A stretch of 50,970 bases of DNA. Source: Elusimicrobiota bacterium. GTDB taxonomy: Bacteria; Elusimicrobiota; Elusimicrobia; UBA1565; UBA9628. The position numbers were made by a program, and so were the translations under genes. The stretch lies in contig DAHVNA010000012.1 of NCBI GenBank assembly GCA_027319565.1, positions 1 through 50,970 of the forward strand. Reading direction: 5' to 3'. The first letter of the stretch is position 1, and each line of letters begins with the position of its first letter. Below are positions 30,363 through 38,851 of the stretch, piece by piece. The notes under the pieces are model-generated. The model was not told the origin of the DNA. It was given only the letters and a program-made list of their open reading frames with translations, and ran no database searches.

Positions 30363-30391
30363 AGTGTAACGGACAAGAAGAGGACTGTCAA
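30363..30391 (-). promoter_or_regulatory. Sigma70-type promoter of pilin operon 2
   Basis: Minus strand: TTGACA (30391-30386), 17 nt, TACACT (30368-30363), 12 nt before GTG 30350. Confidence 0.75.
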
Positions 30392-30406
30392 TAGAAGAAT
30401 TGAATC

Positions 30407-30481
30407 TGGTGCCCCCGACGAGAATCGAACTCGTGTTTCGGCCTTGAAAGGGCCGCGTCCTAGCCGTTAGACGACGGGGGC
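30407..30481 (-). tRNA. tRNA-Glu(TTC)
   Basis: Reverse complement GCCCCCGTCGTCTAACGGCTAGGACGCGGCCCT-TTC-AAGGCCGAAACACGAGTTCGATTCTCGTCGGGGGCACCA. Confidence 0.96.
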
Positions 30482-30488
30482 GAATATC

Positions 30489-30624
30489 TAATGTAGTGCG
30501 TCATAAGTCCCTTTACAATCCGTCACTCCGGCAATCCGTAAGCCGGAGTCCAGGTTCTGGATTCCGGCTCACGCCGGGATGACGAAAACAACAAACGCAA
30601 AGAAACACTGAACGCACTGCACTA
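30489..30624. repeat. MITE-like element carrying CGTC-type repeat (copy 2, core 30521-30584)
   Basis: Core CGTCACTCCGGC...GCCGGAGTCCAGGTTCTGGATTCCGGCTCACGCCGGGATGACG. Imperfect outer inverted repeat TAATGTAGTGCGTCA / TGAACGCACTGCACTA. Confidence 0.75.
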
Positions 30625-30631
30625 AAGCTTA

Positions 30632-30703
30632 TGAGCCCGGTGGGATTCGAACCCACGACCCCTCGCTTAAAAGGCGAATGCTCTACCCCTGAGCTACGGG
30701 CTC
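30632..30703 (-). tRNA. tRNA-Lys(TTT)
   Basis: Reverse complement GAGCCCGTAGCTCAGGGGTAGAGCATTCGCCT-TTT-AAGCGAGGGGTCGTGGGTTCGAATCCCACCGGGCTCA. CCA not encoded. Confidence 0.96.
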
Positions 30704-30741
30704 AACTTTCTGATTTTACAATATTAATGTAGAATCAGGAT

Positions 30742-32193
30742 ATGAGGCTGATAAAAATAATTGCATTTCTGGCCGCCGTTTCGACAGTATCGGTTTCCGC
30801 GCGGGCGGAAATGTTAGCCGCCGCAGGGAAAGTCGACATTACGCCGAATCTCAAGACCGAAAAGACCTATCTCGCTGGCTACGGCTTCATGGGGCGAAAC
30901 CCCATCGGCGTTCACGATCCTCTTTACGCGCGCATCCTCATTTTGTCCAACAAAAAAGAAACTCTTGCGATTGTGGGTTTTGATCTCATCGGTTTTTTCC
31001 GCAATCAAGTCGAGGATTTAAGAAAACTCTCGGGCTTTAACCAACCCGGAAAATATCTTTTCGTCGCCTCGACCCATGACCACTCGGGACCCGACACCTT
31101 GGGGCTTTGGGGGCCCTGGCCCGGAGTCTCCGGCGTCAATTCCCAATACCTTCAAAGAATTGGAAACTCCGTCGCAAAAAAAATAAATGAATTGTCGCAA
31201 AATCTTAAGCCTGTCCGGCTCTCGGGACTGACTAAGGAATTGCCGCCCAACGGGCTTTGCCGCGACAGCCGGGACCCAGTCGTCATCGATCCTTATTTTT
31301 CCGTCGTCCACGTTGAAAGCTTCGACCGCAAAACCCTCGCCAATATCGTCCACTGGCCTTGCCATGCGGAAGTTCTCAGCCACACAAACCGGTTTCTAAC
31401 CGCCGATTTTCCCGGAGTTCTCTGCGATCGCATGGAGAAAAAATCCGGCGGGACCTGCGTTTTTATCAACGGTCCCATCGGAGGGCTTCTGACGCCGGAA
31501 GAAACGAAAGGGAAAGACGGCTCTTGGGAAGAAAACGAGCGCATCGGAAAAGCTGTCGCCGATTTCGCGCTTCAAAATCTTCCCCATTTAATTCCCATCA
31601 ACGCCTCAAAAATTTCCGTTTCAAGCCAAACGATTTTAATTCCCGTTCAAAATTCAAGATACCTTCTTTTTCTCTATTCCCTGGTTTTTGGGCATAAACT
31701 CTTTTTAAAAGACGGCTCGCCTCTCAAAGAAAGCCCCTATTGGATCGCTTTTAAACACGCTTTTCATCTGCTAAAACCCGAAGAAAGCCCCTGGGTCAAA
31801 AGCGAGCTCTGTTTGATTCGCCTCGGCTCGCTGACCATTCTCGGGATTCCCGGCGAGATATTTCCGGAACTCGTGATCGGCGGATATCATGGCCGCTACC
31901 GTTTTGGGCATCCTCTGATTAAACCCTCAAACCCCAATCCGCCGGATCTCTCAAAAGCGCCGAAAGGCCCTTACCTGTGGAGCGAAATTCCCGGAAAAAT
32001 AAAAATCGTCGCGGGGCTCGCTAATGACGAACTGGGATACATGGTTCCGGGATATGATTTCAAAGTCACTGATGATCTCATCATGGAGCCGCGCCCCAAG
32101 GGCGATCATTATGAGGAGACTAATTCCGTCGGCCCCGCGGTGACCGATCTCGTCATTCAAGCCGCGAAATCTCTTCTTTCCGCGCCTAAATAG
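30742..32193 (+). CDS. Exported neutral/alkaline ceramidase-like protein
   Basis: Signal peptide ending ARA-E. GKVDITP, LAGYG, GVHDPLYAR, STHDHSGPD, IPGEIFPE. Confidence 0.75.
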   Translation: MRLIKIIAFLAAVSTVSVSARAEMLAAAGKVDITPNLKTEKTYLAGYGFMGRNPIGVHDPLYARILILSNKKETLAIVGFDLIGFFRNQVEDLRKLSGFNQPGKYLFVASTHDHSGPDTLGLWGPWPGVSGVNSQYLQRIGNSVAKKINELSQNLKPVRLSGLTKELPPNGLCRDSRDPVVIDPYFSVVHVESFDRKTLANIVHWPCHAEVLSHTNRFLTADFPGVLCDRMEKKSGGTCVFINGPIGGLLTPEETKGKDGSWEENERIGKAVADFALQNLPHLIPINASKISVSSQTILIPVQNSRYLLFLYSLVFGHKLFLKDGSPLKESPYWIAFKHAFHLLKPEESPWVKSELCLIRLGSLTILGIPGEIFPELVIGGYHGRYRFGHPLIKPSNPNPPDLSKAPKGPYLWSEIPGKIKIVAGLANDELGYMVPGYDFKVTDDLIMEPRPKGDHYEETNSVGPAVTDLVIQAAKSLLSAPK

Positions 32194-32207
32194 GAACTAT
32201 CGCTCAT

Positions 32208-32238
32208 TTTGACTCATACTTGAGTTAAATGATAAACT
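32208..32238 (+). promoter_or_regulatory. Promoter with overlapping palindromic operator
   Basis: TTGACT (32209-32214), 18 nt, TAAACT (32233-32238). Dyad TTTGACTCA-TACT-TGAGTTAAA (32208-32229). Confidence 0.6.
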
Positions 32239-32286
32239 ATCGTCGGAGCTTGGGAAATACATCACTATAAGCTCTAGGAGAATAAA

Positions 32287-32700
32287 ATGAAGAAGACAAT
32301 GATCGCGTTGTTAGCGGCCTCAGCGATGGCCACAGCCCCCTTAGCATGGTCCCAGTCCATGGGCCATATGAAGGGAATGAACATGAAAGGCGAAAAGCAC
32401 GAAGCCGCGGACAAAACCGTGACCGGCGAAATCGTGGATTTGGCTTGCTACCTCAGCCACGGAGCTAAAGGAGCCAAACACGCCGAGTGCGCCAAGAAAT
32501 GCCTGGCCGACGGCTCCCCCATGGGATTATTGACGAAGAAGGGATCTCTTTTCCTCTTAGTCAACAACCATGAGAAGCAATCCGCATATGATTCCGCCAA
32601 GAAATTAGCGGCGAAACTCGTTAAAGTCACCGGCGACATGACCCACAAAGGCGGTCTTAAAGCCTTGATCGTCGACAAAGTCGAAAAAGTAAAAAGCTAA
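32287..32700 (+). CDS. Small exported Met/His/Cys-rich protein, putative metal binding
   Basis: SD AGGAG, signal peptide, MGHMKGMNMKGEKH, GEIVDLACYLSH, HAECAKKC. Confidence 0.75.
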   Translation: MKKTMIALLAASAMATAPLAWSQSMGHMKGMNMKGEKHEAADKTVTGEIVDLACYLSHGAKGAKHAECAKKCLADGSPMGLLTKKGSLFLLVNNHEKQSAYDSAKKLAAKLVKVTGDMTHKGGLKALIVDKVEKVKS

Positions 32701-32707
32701 CGAAAAG

Positions 32708-32791
32708 CAACGGAAGTAACGGAGAGAAAGGGCAAGTCACGGAAAAAAGCTGTTTCCGTTTCTTTCTTTGCCTTTCCGTTACTTTCCGTTG
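32708..32791. repeat. Long imperfect intergenic palindrome built from ACGGA/TCCGT units
   Basis: CAACGGAAGTAACGGA...CACGGAAA pairs with TTTCCGT...TTTCCGTTACTTTCCGTTG. Confidence 0.75.
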
Positions 32792-32843
32792 GAATGTCCT
32801 TTTGTCCCTTGACGGCGACTTTTTGTTCTGTTATATAGTTTAT

Positions 32844-34955
32844 GTGAGATTTGCAATCACGTTTGGGCTTATCGGCATTTTGTCTTCTTACTCTTTGGCC
32901 GCCGTGCCGCCTTTCTGTAGTCAAGCCGTTTTGCCCCCTAAAAGTTCCACCACTCCCAACATCCCTCAGGAGAATTTAAAAGAGAAATTCAATTTTAAAG
33001 TCGAGCCTTCAGCTGAAAAATATCGCCAGGAATTTGAAATTTTATGTTGGCACTTTGATGACGCAAGCGGTTTCATCATCGGTCCCAACGGCGAGGTTTT
33101 AACGCAGGGAGAATGGAAGGCGTTTCTTTCGCCCTATGATCCAATTTTAAATCCATTGACATCCGATCAGAAAGAGACTCTTTATAATTTCAACTGCCGT
33201 TTCGAGTCACGGCGCATTATCTGCCGCAATGGTCAGGGTAGATATTTTCTCTCAAACCTACTCGAATCTTATATTAATCAGAGCGTCTCGCTTAGCCGAT
33301 TAAAGGCGTTGTCAGAGAGTATCTCCTCCTATCTCAAATCCCAGCCTTCCGATAAGCCCTTAAGCCAGGCCGCGCTTAAGCATATCGCCGCCCTCAAAAA
33401 AAATATCGTGGGCTCCTCCCTTTCATCGCCGAGTTTTGACTTACTTTCACGCTTAAAAAGCGGCCTCCCCGCCGGAAAACTTCAATCGTCTTTTGAACAC
33501 TCAACGCAAAAAATGGATCTATTTTTCGACGCTCGGAATTCGATTAAAGGCCTGATTAAGGAGAATCAATTTCCTTCCAATCATGCGGGAACCTGGAACT
33601 CGCGGGGAAGCTCTCCTTTTGTGGACAAACCCGAGGTCCAGGTGAACGACATCGCTCAAAAGGCCGTCGTCGAGGCACTTTCCCAAAACCCGGTGGGGCG
33701 GGAAGTGCTGGACCATTTTACAAATAGAAAAGGCGTTGTCCGCCTGCCGGATTTTCTGGTTGGGGAGATGAAGGGATTTTCTTTTGCCGAAACCCACCCG
33801 GGAGAAAATCGTATCGTTTTTAACAAGAAATATTTCTTTCAGGATCAGTCTTTCTCCAAACTTTCAAGACAAGAGAAGCGAAGTATTCTGTCTAATTCCA
33901 ATAAAATGAACGCTTGGCTGGCCAAGCATCCCAAGAGCCTCGCTTCCTTTATCAAAAACAATGATTATGTCCTCGCTCATGAGCTGACCCATGCCTGGCT
34001 AGACCGCAAGATTCCTCTGGGTCCTTACAATCCGGCTGATGAACTTGAAAATGAATATCAAGCCTTTACCACCGAGGCGCGCTACGTACAAGCCCAAGTT
34101 TTAGCGCATCCAAAATCATCGTTGGCCAATCCCCAATATGGGGAGGAGCTGTCAGCATTAAAACTGTTACTGGGCAATTATGACGAATTTCGCGCGCGGA
34201 TCAAGGAGGAGTATTTAAACGGCAGTTTCGTAGGAGCGTCCGATATTCCCAAGGCAAGAAAGATTCTTGAAGCGCAAGAAAAAAGCTCTTTACGCCTGGC
34301 GATAGCGTCATTGTCTTGGCCCATTGTAAAAAGGGAGGCGCTCAAGATTGTCGGTTTACGAAAGACGGAGTCGGCTCTAGACAGGTTTCAGGAACACTAT
34401 AACGCTTCCACCAGCGATTTTGAAAAAAATCAGTACCCCAAGATGCGCCGAAAAGCCGCTTCAGATTTTCCTAAAATAGCCCGAAATTTGATTCTTGAAA
34501 GCCAGAAAGCGCCAGAGGGTCTTGCTTATTCTTATCTGAGTGGCGCTAGAAAATTGGCGGATTCGGCTCTGGCCAGCGATCGAGGCTCTGCCGCGTCTAA
34601 TCACGTTTTGGTCGATTCCATAAAATCATCAGCAGCGAAACGCGCAAAGTTAGAGCTTATGAGGGCGTCAAAAGTCGAAAAAACGGGTTCATTTAAACAG
34701 TATTACCGTCTTTGGTATGCCTTGAGTTATGCCTCTCTCGCTCAAGATACTTCGCTCAATCAAGAAGCATTTCGACTCTCAAAAGCGTTCATCATCAAAG
34801 CGGTCAAAATATCCGAAATAAATTTACCGGGAAAGGCTGGCGGCGACGCCTACTGGAGGCTCCAACAAGCGAAGTCTCTTTCCCTGCTAATAAGGGATCA
34901 AGCCCTCATCAATCAGGTCAAAATGGCGATTGGGAAATTGAAATATGTGCCCTAA
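32844..34955 (+). CDS. Large exported protein with HExxH zincin-like motif
   Basis: Start re-called at GTG 32844 (signal peptide MRFAITFGLIGILSSYSLA), downstream of TTGACG...TATAGT. VLAHELTHAW followed by ELENEYQAF. Confidence 0.7.
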   Translation: MRFAITFGLIGILSSYSLAAVPPFCSQAVLPPKSSTTPNIPQENLKEKFNFKVEPSAEKYRQEFEILCWHFDDASGFIIGPNGEVLTQGEWKAFLSPYDPILNPLTSDQKETLYNFNCRFESRRIICRNGQGRYFLSNLLESYINQSVSLSRLKALSESISSYLKSQPSDKPLSQAALKHIAALKKNIVGSSLSSPSFDLLSRLKSGLPAGKLQSSFEHSTQKMDLFFDARNSIKGLIKENQFPSNHAGTWNSRGSSPFVDKPEVQVNDIAQKAVVEALSQNPVGREVLDHFTNRKGVVRLPDFLVGEMKGFSFAETHPGENRIVFNKKYFFQDQSFSKLSRQEKRSILSNSNKMNAWLAKHPKSLASFIKNNDYVLAHELTHAWLDRKIPLGPYNPADELENEYQAFTTEARYVQAQVLAHPKSSLANPQYGEELSALKLLLGNYDEFRARIKEEYLNGSFVGASDIPKARKILEAQEKSSLRLAIASLSWPIVKREALKIVGLRKTESALDRFQEHYNASTSDFEKNQYPKMRRKAASDFPKIARNLILESQKAPEGLAYSYLSGARKLADSALASDRGSAASNHVLVDSIKSSAAKRAKLELMRASKVEKTGSFKQYYRLWYALSYASLAQDTSLNQEAFRLSKAFIIKAVKISEINLPGKAGGDAYWRLQQAKSLSLLIRDQALINQVKMAIGKLKYVP

Positions 34956-35598
34956 ATCCAAAGGCTTGTCATTGGCGTTTATTCTGGGGTTGGCGGCCTG
35001 CTCGCGCGCGCCCGTTTCTTCCAACTCTCCCGTTAATTATGTCGCGCCAGGGCTTTTTTCCTGTTCCATTCCGGGCGATTGGCGTGTTTTGGGGCAAGAC
35101 GAATTCTCTCTTGCGAGTTTCATTCCTCCTTCCGGCCAGAGGCATGTTAAGGCCATGATCTCGGTCCAGTATTATCCGAAGTCTCGGTATGCAAGTCCGG
35201 AGAAATATTATCGCCACTGGAGTTACGTCGCGGCGACTAATGTCGCTGAGGATTTAAATCCGCCAAATTCCCCCATTTCGCCACAAGAAATGGGCGATAG
35301 CTCTATCCCAGATGCAGGAAAAGGAAAGCCCCTTGTGTCCAAGGTCGGGCCTTTGATAAAAAAGAATATTGGCGCAGATATTGCCTACTTTTTTTCAATC
35401 GAAGAGCCGATCGATAAGAATATTCACTCCTTCGGGAGGGCAAAAGAACAGGGGATAGAAGAGCATTATATAATCCCCTATCGAGGCGGACTCTATACGA
35501 TTTACTTTTTAGGTTCTGCGGCAACGGCCTCAGAGGCTGAATTGGTTTTTGAAAATATGGTCCACAGCTTCAGGCCATTGGGGGTTCCAAAGAAATAA
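34945..35598 (+). CDS. Lipoprotein, possible PsbP/DcrB-like fold
   Basis: Lipobox LAA-C, FSCSIPGDW, C-terminal FENMVHSFRP. Overlaps the upstream gene. Confidence 0.65.
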   Translation: MCPKSKGLSLAFILGLAACSRAPVSSNSPVNYVAPGLFSCSIPGDWRVLGQDEFSLASFIPPSGQRHVKAMISVQYYPKSRYASPEKYYRHWSYVAATNVAEDLNPPNSPISPQEMGDSSIPDAGKGKPLVSKVGPLIKKNIGADIAYFFSIEEPIDKNIHSFGRAKEQGIEEHYIIPYRGGLYTIYFLGSAATASEAELVFENMVHSFRPLGVPKK

Positions 35599-35599
35599 A

Positions 35600-36043
35600 T
35601 TGCCACCACTTTACCTCTTTCACCCCATCGCGGTCCATTTTCCGATCGCGCTTTTATCCTTAGGCTTTATCCTGTCGTTGTTGGCGGGATTTTTGCGAAA
35701 AAAGAAGGCTTTTGAGTGGATTGACTCTGTGGTTTCTTGGCTTTTATGGCTGGGCACTCTTGGAGCTTGGGCGGCGATGGGGCTTGGACTTTTAGCCGAA
35801 GACAAAGCCCCGCACGTGCCTGAGGCCTGGGCAGTTCTCTCCGATCACAAAACCCGCGCTTTTTGGACGGTCGGAGTTTTTAGCGCTTTGTCTTTATGGC
35901 GGATCCTCAGGAAGAAAGACCGTCTTCCCCAAACTCTCTTGTGGGCTGCCGCTTTAGGCCTTCTTTTGTCGACCGCCTATCTCGGCGGGCGCCTAGTCTT
36001 TGACTTTGGGATGGGGGTCGTCAAAGTCGGCTGGGGCGGCTAA
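35600..36043 (+). CDS. DUF2231-type heme-b membrane protein (start approximate)
   Basis: HPIAVHFPIALL, conserved His in LSDHK, TAYLGGRLVF. Four TM segments. Confidence 0.8.
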   Translation: MPPLYLFHPIAVHFPIALLSLGFILSLLAGFLRKKKAFEWIDSVVSWLLWLGTLGAWAAMGLGLLAEDKAPHVPEAWAVLSDHKTRAFWTVGVFSALSLWRILRKKDRLPQTLLWAAALGLLLSTAYLGGRLVFDFGMGVVKVGWGG

Positions 36044-36735
36044 AAGCTGTTCGCGCTAGATGAGGGTTTAGGCCCCAAGGACAAGAGATAATCCGCCACA
36101 TCCGAAATTTCGGATTGCGAAAGAACTTTTCCCCAAGAAGGCATGAAAATCATCGGAAGCGGTTTTGAGGGATCGGCGGGAGCCGGCTGAGGAACGCCGT
36201 TAGTAATTTTTCGGATGAGTTCTTTCCGGCTATATCCCAAGGAAACCTGAGTCAAACCCGGAATCTGGCCGCCAACGACATTATTATTGGGATATCCGCC
36301 TCTCCCGTCTTGCCCGTGACAAGCGACGCAACCCGCTTTATTAAAAAGGATATGGCCGCGCTCAAGGGCGGTTAAACCCGGCTTATTCCAGGGCCGCTCG
36401 GCATCGGTCCAGGCCTGGCCTTTTTGGGCGGAGAGATAGGCGACTAAGGATGTCAGTTCATCCTGGCTTAAATGAAAATTGGGCATGACTGTTTTGGGAT
36501 TCCAAGAGTGCGGGCTTTTAAGCCACAAGGTCAGCCACGCCGGACTTTTGCGAAAACCGATGAAAGTAAGATTCGGTCCCCATGTCCCGCCTTGATTTCC
36601 TATTTGATGGCATTGCATGCATCCCAGCGCGTGAAAATAAACATCTCCCCTGGTCACGGGATCCTGGGAAACGGTTTGACAGGCGGATAACACCGCCATT
36701 AAAATTCCAAAGCCGATTAAAGTTTTCTTCACCAT
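36040..36735 (-). CDS. Diheme c-type cytochrome lipoprotein
   Basis: Lipobox LSA-C. CMQCH and CVACH with downstream MP axial-ligand motifs. Confidence 0.92.
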   Translation of the reverse strand: MVKKTLIGFGILMAVLSACQTVSQDPVTRGDVYFHALGCMQCHQIGNQGGTWGPNLTFIGFRKSPAWLTLWLKSPHSWNPKTVMPNFHLSQDELTSLVAYLSAQKGQAWTDAERPWNKPGLTALERGHILFNKAGCVACHGQDGRGGYPNNNVVGGQIPGLTQVSLGYSRKELIRKITNGVPQPAPADPSKPLPMIFMPSWGKVLSQSEISDVADYLLSLGPKPSSSANSF

Positions 36736-36736
36736 T

Positions 36737-37576
36737 TTAAGCTCCTATCCAAAGCATTCCGAAAATAAGGGGAAGATAAAAGAGAGAAGCGAAAAACAAA
36801 CGCTTCGTGTCCGCTCTTTCCAGTCCCCAGCTGGCCTTAAGGCCTAAACCCATATAGGCGGTTCCGACGCACAAGGCTCCCAATTCATATCCCGTTCCCG
36901 CCATGCCGCAAAAGGCCGGCAAAAGAACGACGGGCAAAACGGAAAAAGAATGGAGCGCGATCTGAGCCGAGGTAATTTTCCCCTCGGGGTCCAAAGCCGG
37001 CATCACCTTAAAACCCGCCCGGGCATAATCCTCCCGATTCATCCAAAATAGCGCCAGAAAATGCGGAATCTGCCACAAGAACTGAATTCCAAACAAAATC
37101 CAAGCCTCCAGAGAAAGGCGCCCCTGAGCCGCAGCCCAGCCGATCAAAGGCGGCATCGCCCCGGCAAAAGCCCCAATCCAGGTCGTCTGCGGAGTCGTCA
37201 TTTTAAGCGGCGTGTAAATTAAAACGTATACCGCCACCGTCAATTCGGTTAAAAACAAGGTCAGGAAATTGGACTTAAACAAAAGAATCAAAAATCCGGA
37301 AAAAGCCAAGATAAAGCCAAAGGCCAACGCCTCTTTCGGAGCGATTCGCCCCTGAGGAATCGGGCGCTTTTTGGTTCTTTCCATCAAGGCGTCTTGTTTA
37401 AACTCGAGCCACTGATTTAAACACGCACTGGCAGAAGAGCTTAAGGTCACGCCCAAAAGCGCCCAATTTAAATGAGAGCCTGAAGCTCCATGGGCCAAAA
37501 CGTATCCCAAGGCCGCAGTCATCGCGACCAAAAGCGAAATTCGCGGTTTGCAGAGAGACAAATAATCTTTAATCAT
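36737..37576 (-). CDS. ctaB: Protoheme IX farnesyltransferase (heme O synthase)
   Basis: LCKPRI, DALMERTKKRPIP, YTPLK, GAMPPLIGW, LWQIPHF. Start re-called at ATG 37576 (ATGA overlap). Confidence 0.95.
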   Translation of the reverse strand: MIKDYLSLCKPRISLLVAMTAALGYVLAHGASGSHLNWALLGVTLSSSASACLNQWLEFKQDALMERTKKRPIPQGRIAPKEALAFGFILAFSGFLILLFKSNFLTLFLTELTVAVYVLIYTPLKMTTPQTTWIGAFAGAMPPLIGWAAAQGRLSLEAWILFGIQFLWQIPHFLALFWMNREDYARAGFKVMPALDPEGKITSAQIALHSFSVLPVVLLPAFCGMAGTGYELGALCVGTAYMGLGLKASWGLERADTKRLFFASLFYLPLIFGMLWIGA

Positions 37577-38442
37577 TTTAATTGATAGGCGCGAAACGTC
37601 CACACGACACAAGAACCTAAAAGCAAAGCTCCCAAGGCCACATGGATTGAGGTCAATAAAGCGCCGGCGCTATAACCCGGCTGCATATCGAGTGAAATCC
37701 GGCGCATATAAGCTAAAAGCCCCAAGGCGACTTGAAAAAAGACGAAAATACCCGCGAAAATGGAAAGCCCTCTTAAACTTTGAACCTTACTTTTCATCCC
37801 CATGACGGCCAAGATAATCAACGAAATCGCCGCGCCAATGGACCAACTGTAATGGAGAAAGCCGTAATTTCCTGAGTGTCTTAAAACCGCGCCAAAAAGA
37901 AGCTGTAAATACAAAGCGCTTACCGCCGCCGCGCCGTATTTCCAAAGCCCGGATTTTGAGGTCTCAATTTTAGATTGGAATGATTGCGAAGAAGCGTCCG
38001 CTAAAATCAAAAGAAGGCAAAAAACCGTTTGTCCGAGTAGCGCGTGAAACACCGCAATCGATGGCGGCAAAAGAAGAAGAACCGTCAGCCCCCCTAAAAT
38101 AGCCTGAAGCAAAATGGCGAAAGCGATGAGATAACTCAAAAGCCGGATGGGTTTGGATAAACGAGAAAAATAAGCCCACAAAGCCAAGGCCCAGGTCATA
38201 ATGGCGACAGAGCCGGCAATCATCCGGTGTCCATGCTCAAATAGAACTCCTCCGGTCATCGGCGGAAAAAACTTGCCGAAAGAAAGCGGCCAATCCGGAA
38301 CCGCCAAAGCCGATCCAGTCGAGGTCACCATCGCGCCGACAAAGACCAAGACAAAGGCGCAAACCGCGGTGATAACGGCAAAGAGATGAAAAGAAGCGGG
38401 GGTTAAAGGAGTTTCAAGCGAGGCGGAAGGAACTTCACTCAT
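37573..38442 (-). CDS. ctaA: Heme A synthase, COX15/CtaA family
   Basis: GAMVTSTGSALAVPDWPL, FEHGHR, QAILGGLTV, conserved His residues. Confidence 0.9.
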   Translation of the reverse strand: MSEVPSASLETPLTPASFHLFAVITAVCAFVLVFVGAMVTSTGSALAVPDWPLSFGKFFPPMTGGVLFEHGHRMIAGSVAIMTWALALWAYFSRLSKPIRLLSYLIAFAILLQAILGGLTVLLLLPPSIAVFHALLGQTVFCLLLILADASSQSFQSKIETSKSGLWKYGAAAVSALYLQLLFGAVLRHSGNYGFLHYSWSIGAAISLIILAVMGMKSKVQSLRGLSIFAGIFVFFQVALGLLAYMRRISLDMQPGYSAGALLTSIHVALGALLLGSCVVWTFRAYQLK

Positions 38443-38657
38443 GAAAGGCGAGGGGCGTCCGCCGCATTTTTGCGAACTTCCATATCGTGGACCGTTTTAA
38501 TAAGAACCGCTAAAATCGAAAAGACAAAGGCAAGCAAAATGACGCCGCTAATGATAAGACCGCGCAAAAGCTCGGGAGAACCTTTCGCGCCGAAACAAAC
38601 CGCGCAGGCAAAAGACGAGCGCGAGATTTGATTGACGAGCGGAAAGAGAAAGCTCAT
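38439..38657 (-). CDS. Small membrane protein with CxxC (CAVCFG)
   Basis: Translationally coupled within the oxidase operon. One TM. Confidence 0.7.
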   Translation of the reverse strand: MSFLFPLVNQISRSSFACAVCFGAKGSPELLRGLIISGVILLAFVFSILAVLIKTVHDMEVRKNAADAPRLS

Positions 38658-38851
38658 AGACTTTTATATTTCACCCTAAACCAATTCGCGTAAATAAGCC
38701 CAATGATAAAGCCGACAACAGCAGTTACTCCCGTCCCGATCCAATCTTTTCCCATCCCCATTTGAAACTGATAAGCCACCCAGCCGCCAATAAAGACCAT
38801 CAAGGATAGGCTCGTGATGATAAAAAACAGATGAAATTTCTTAAGCGACAT
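38654..38851 (-). CDS. Small two-TM protein
   Basis: MSLKKFHLFFI. Coupled overlaps on both sides. Confidence 0.7.
   Translation of the reverse strand: MSLKKFHLFFIITSLSLMVFIGGWVAYQFQMGMGKDWIGTGVTAVVGFIIGLIYANWFRVKYKSL

Noticed and set aside
30407..30481. Prophage or integrative element at tRNA-Glu
   Set aside because: No integrase, and no duplicated tRNA 3' end (att) was seen in the window.
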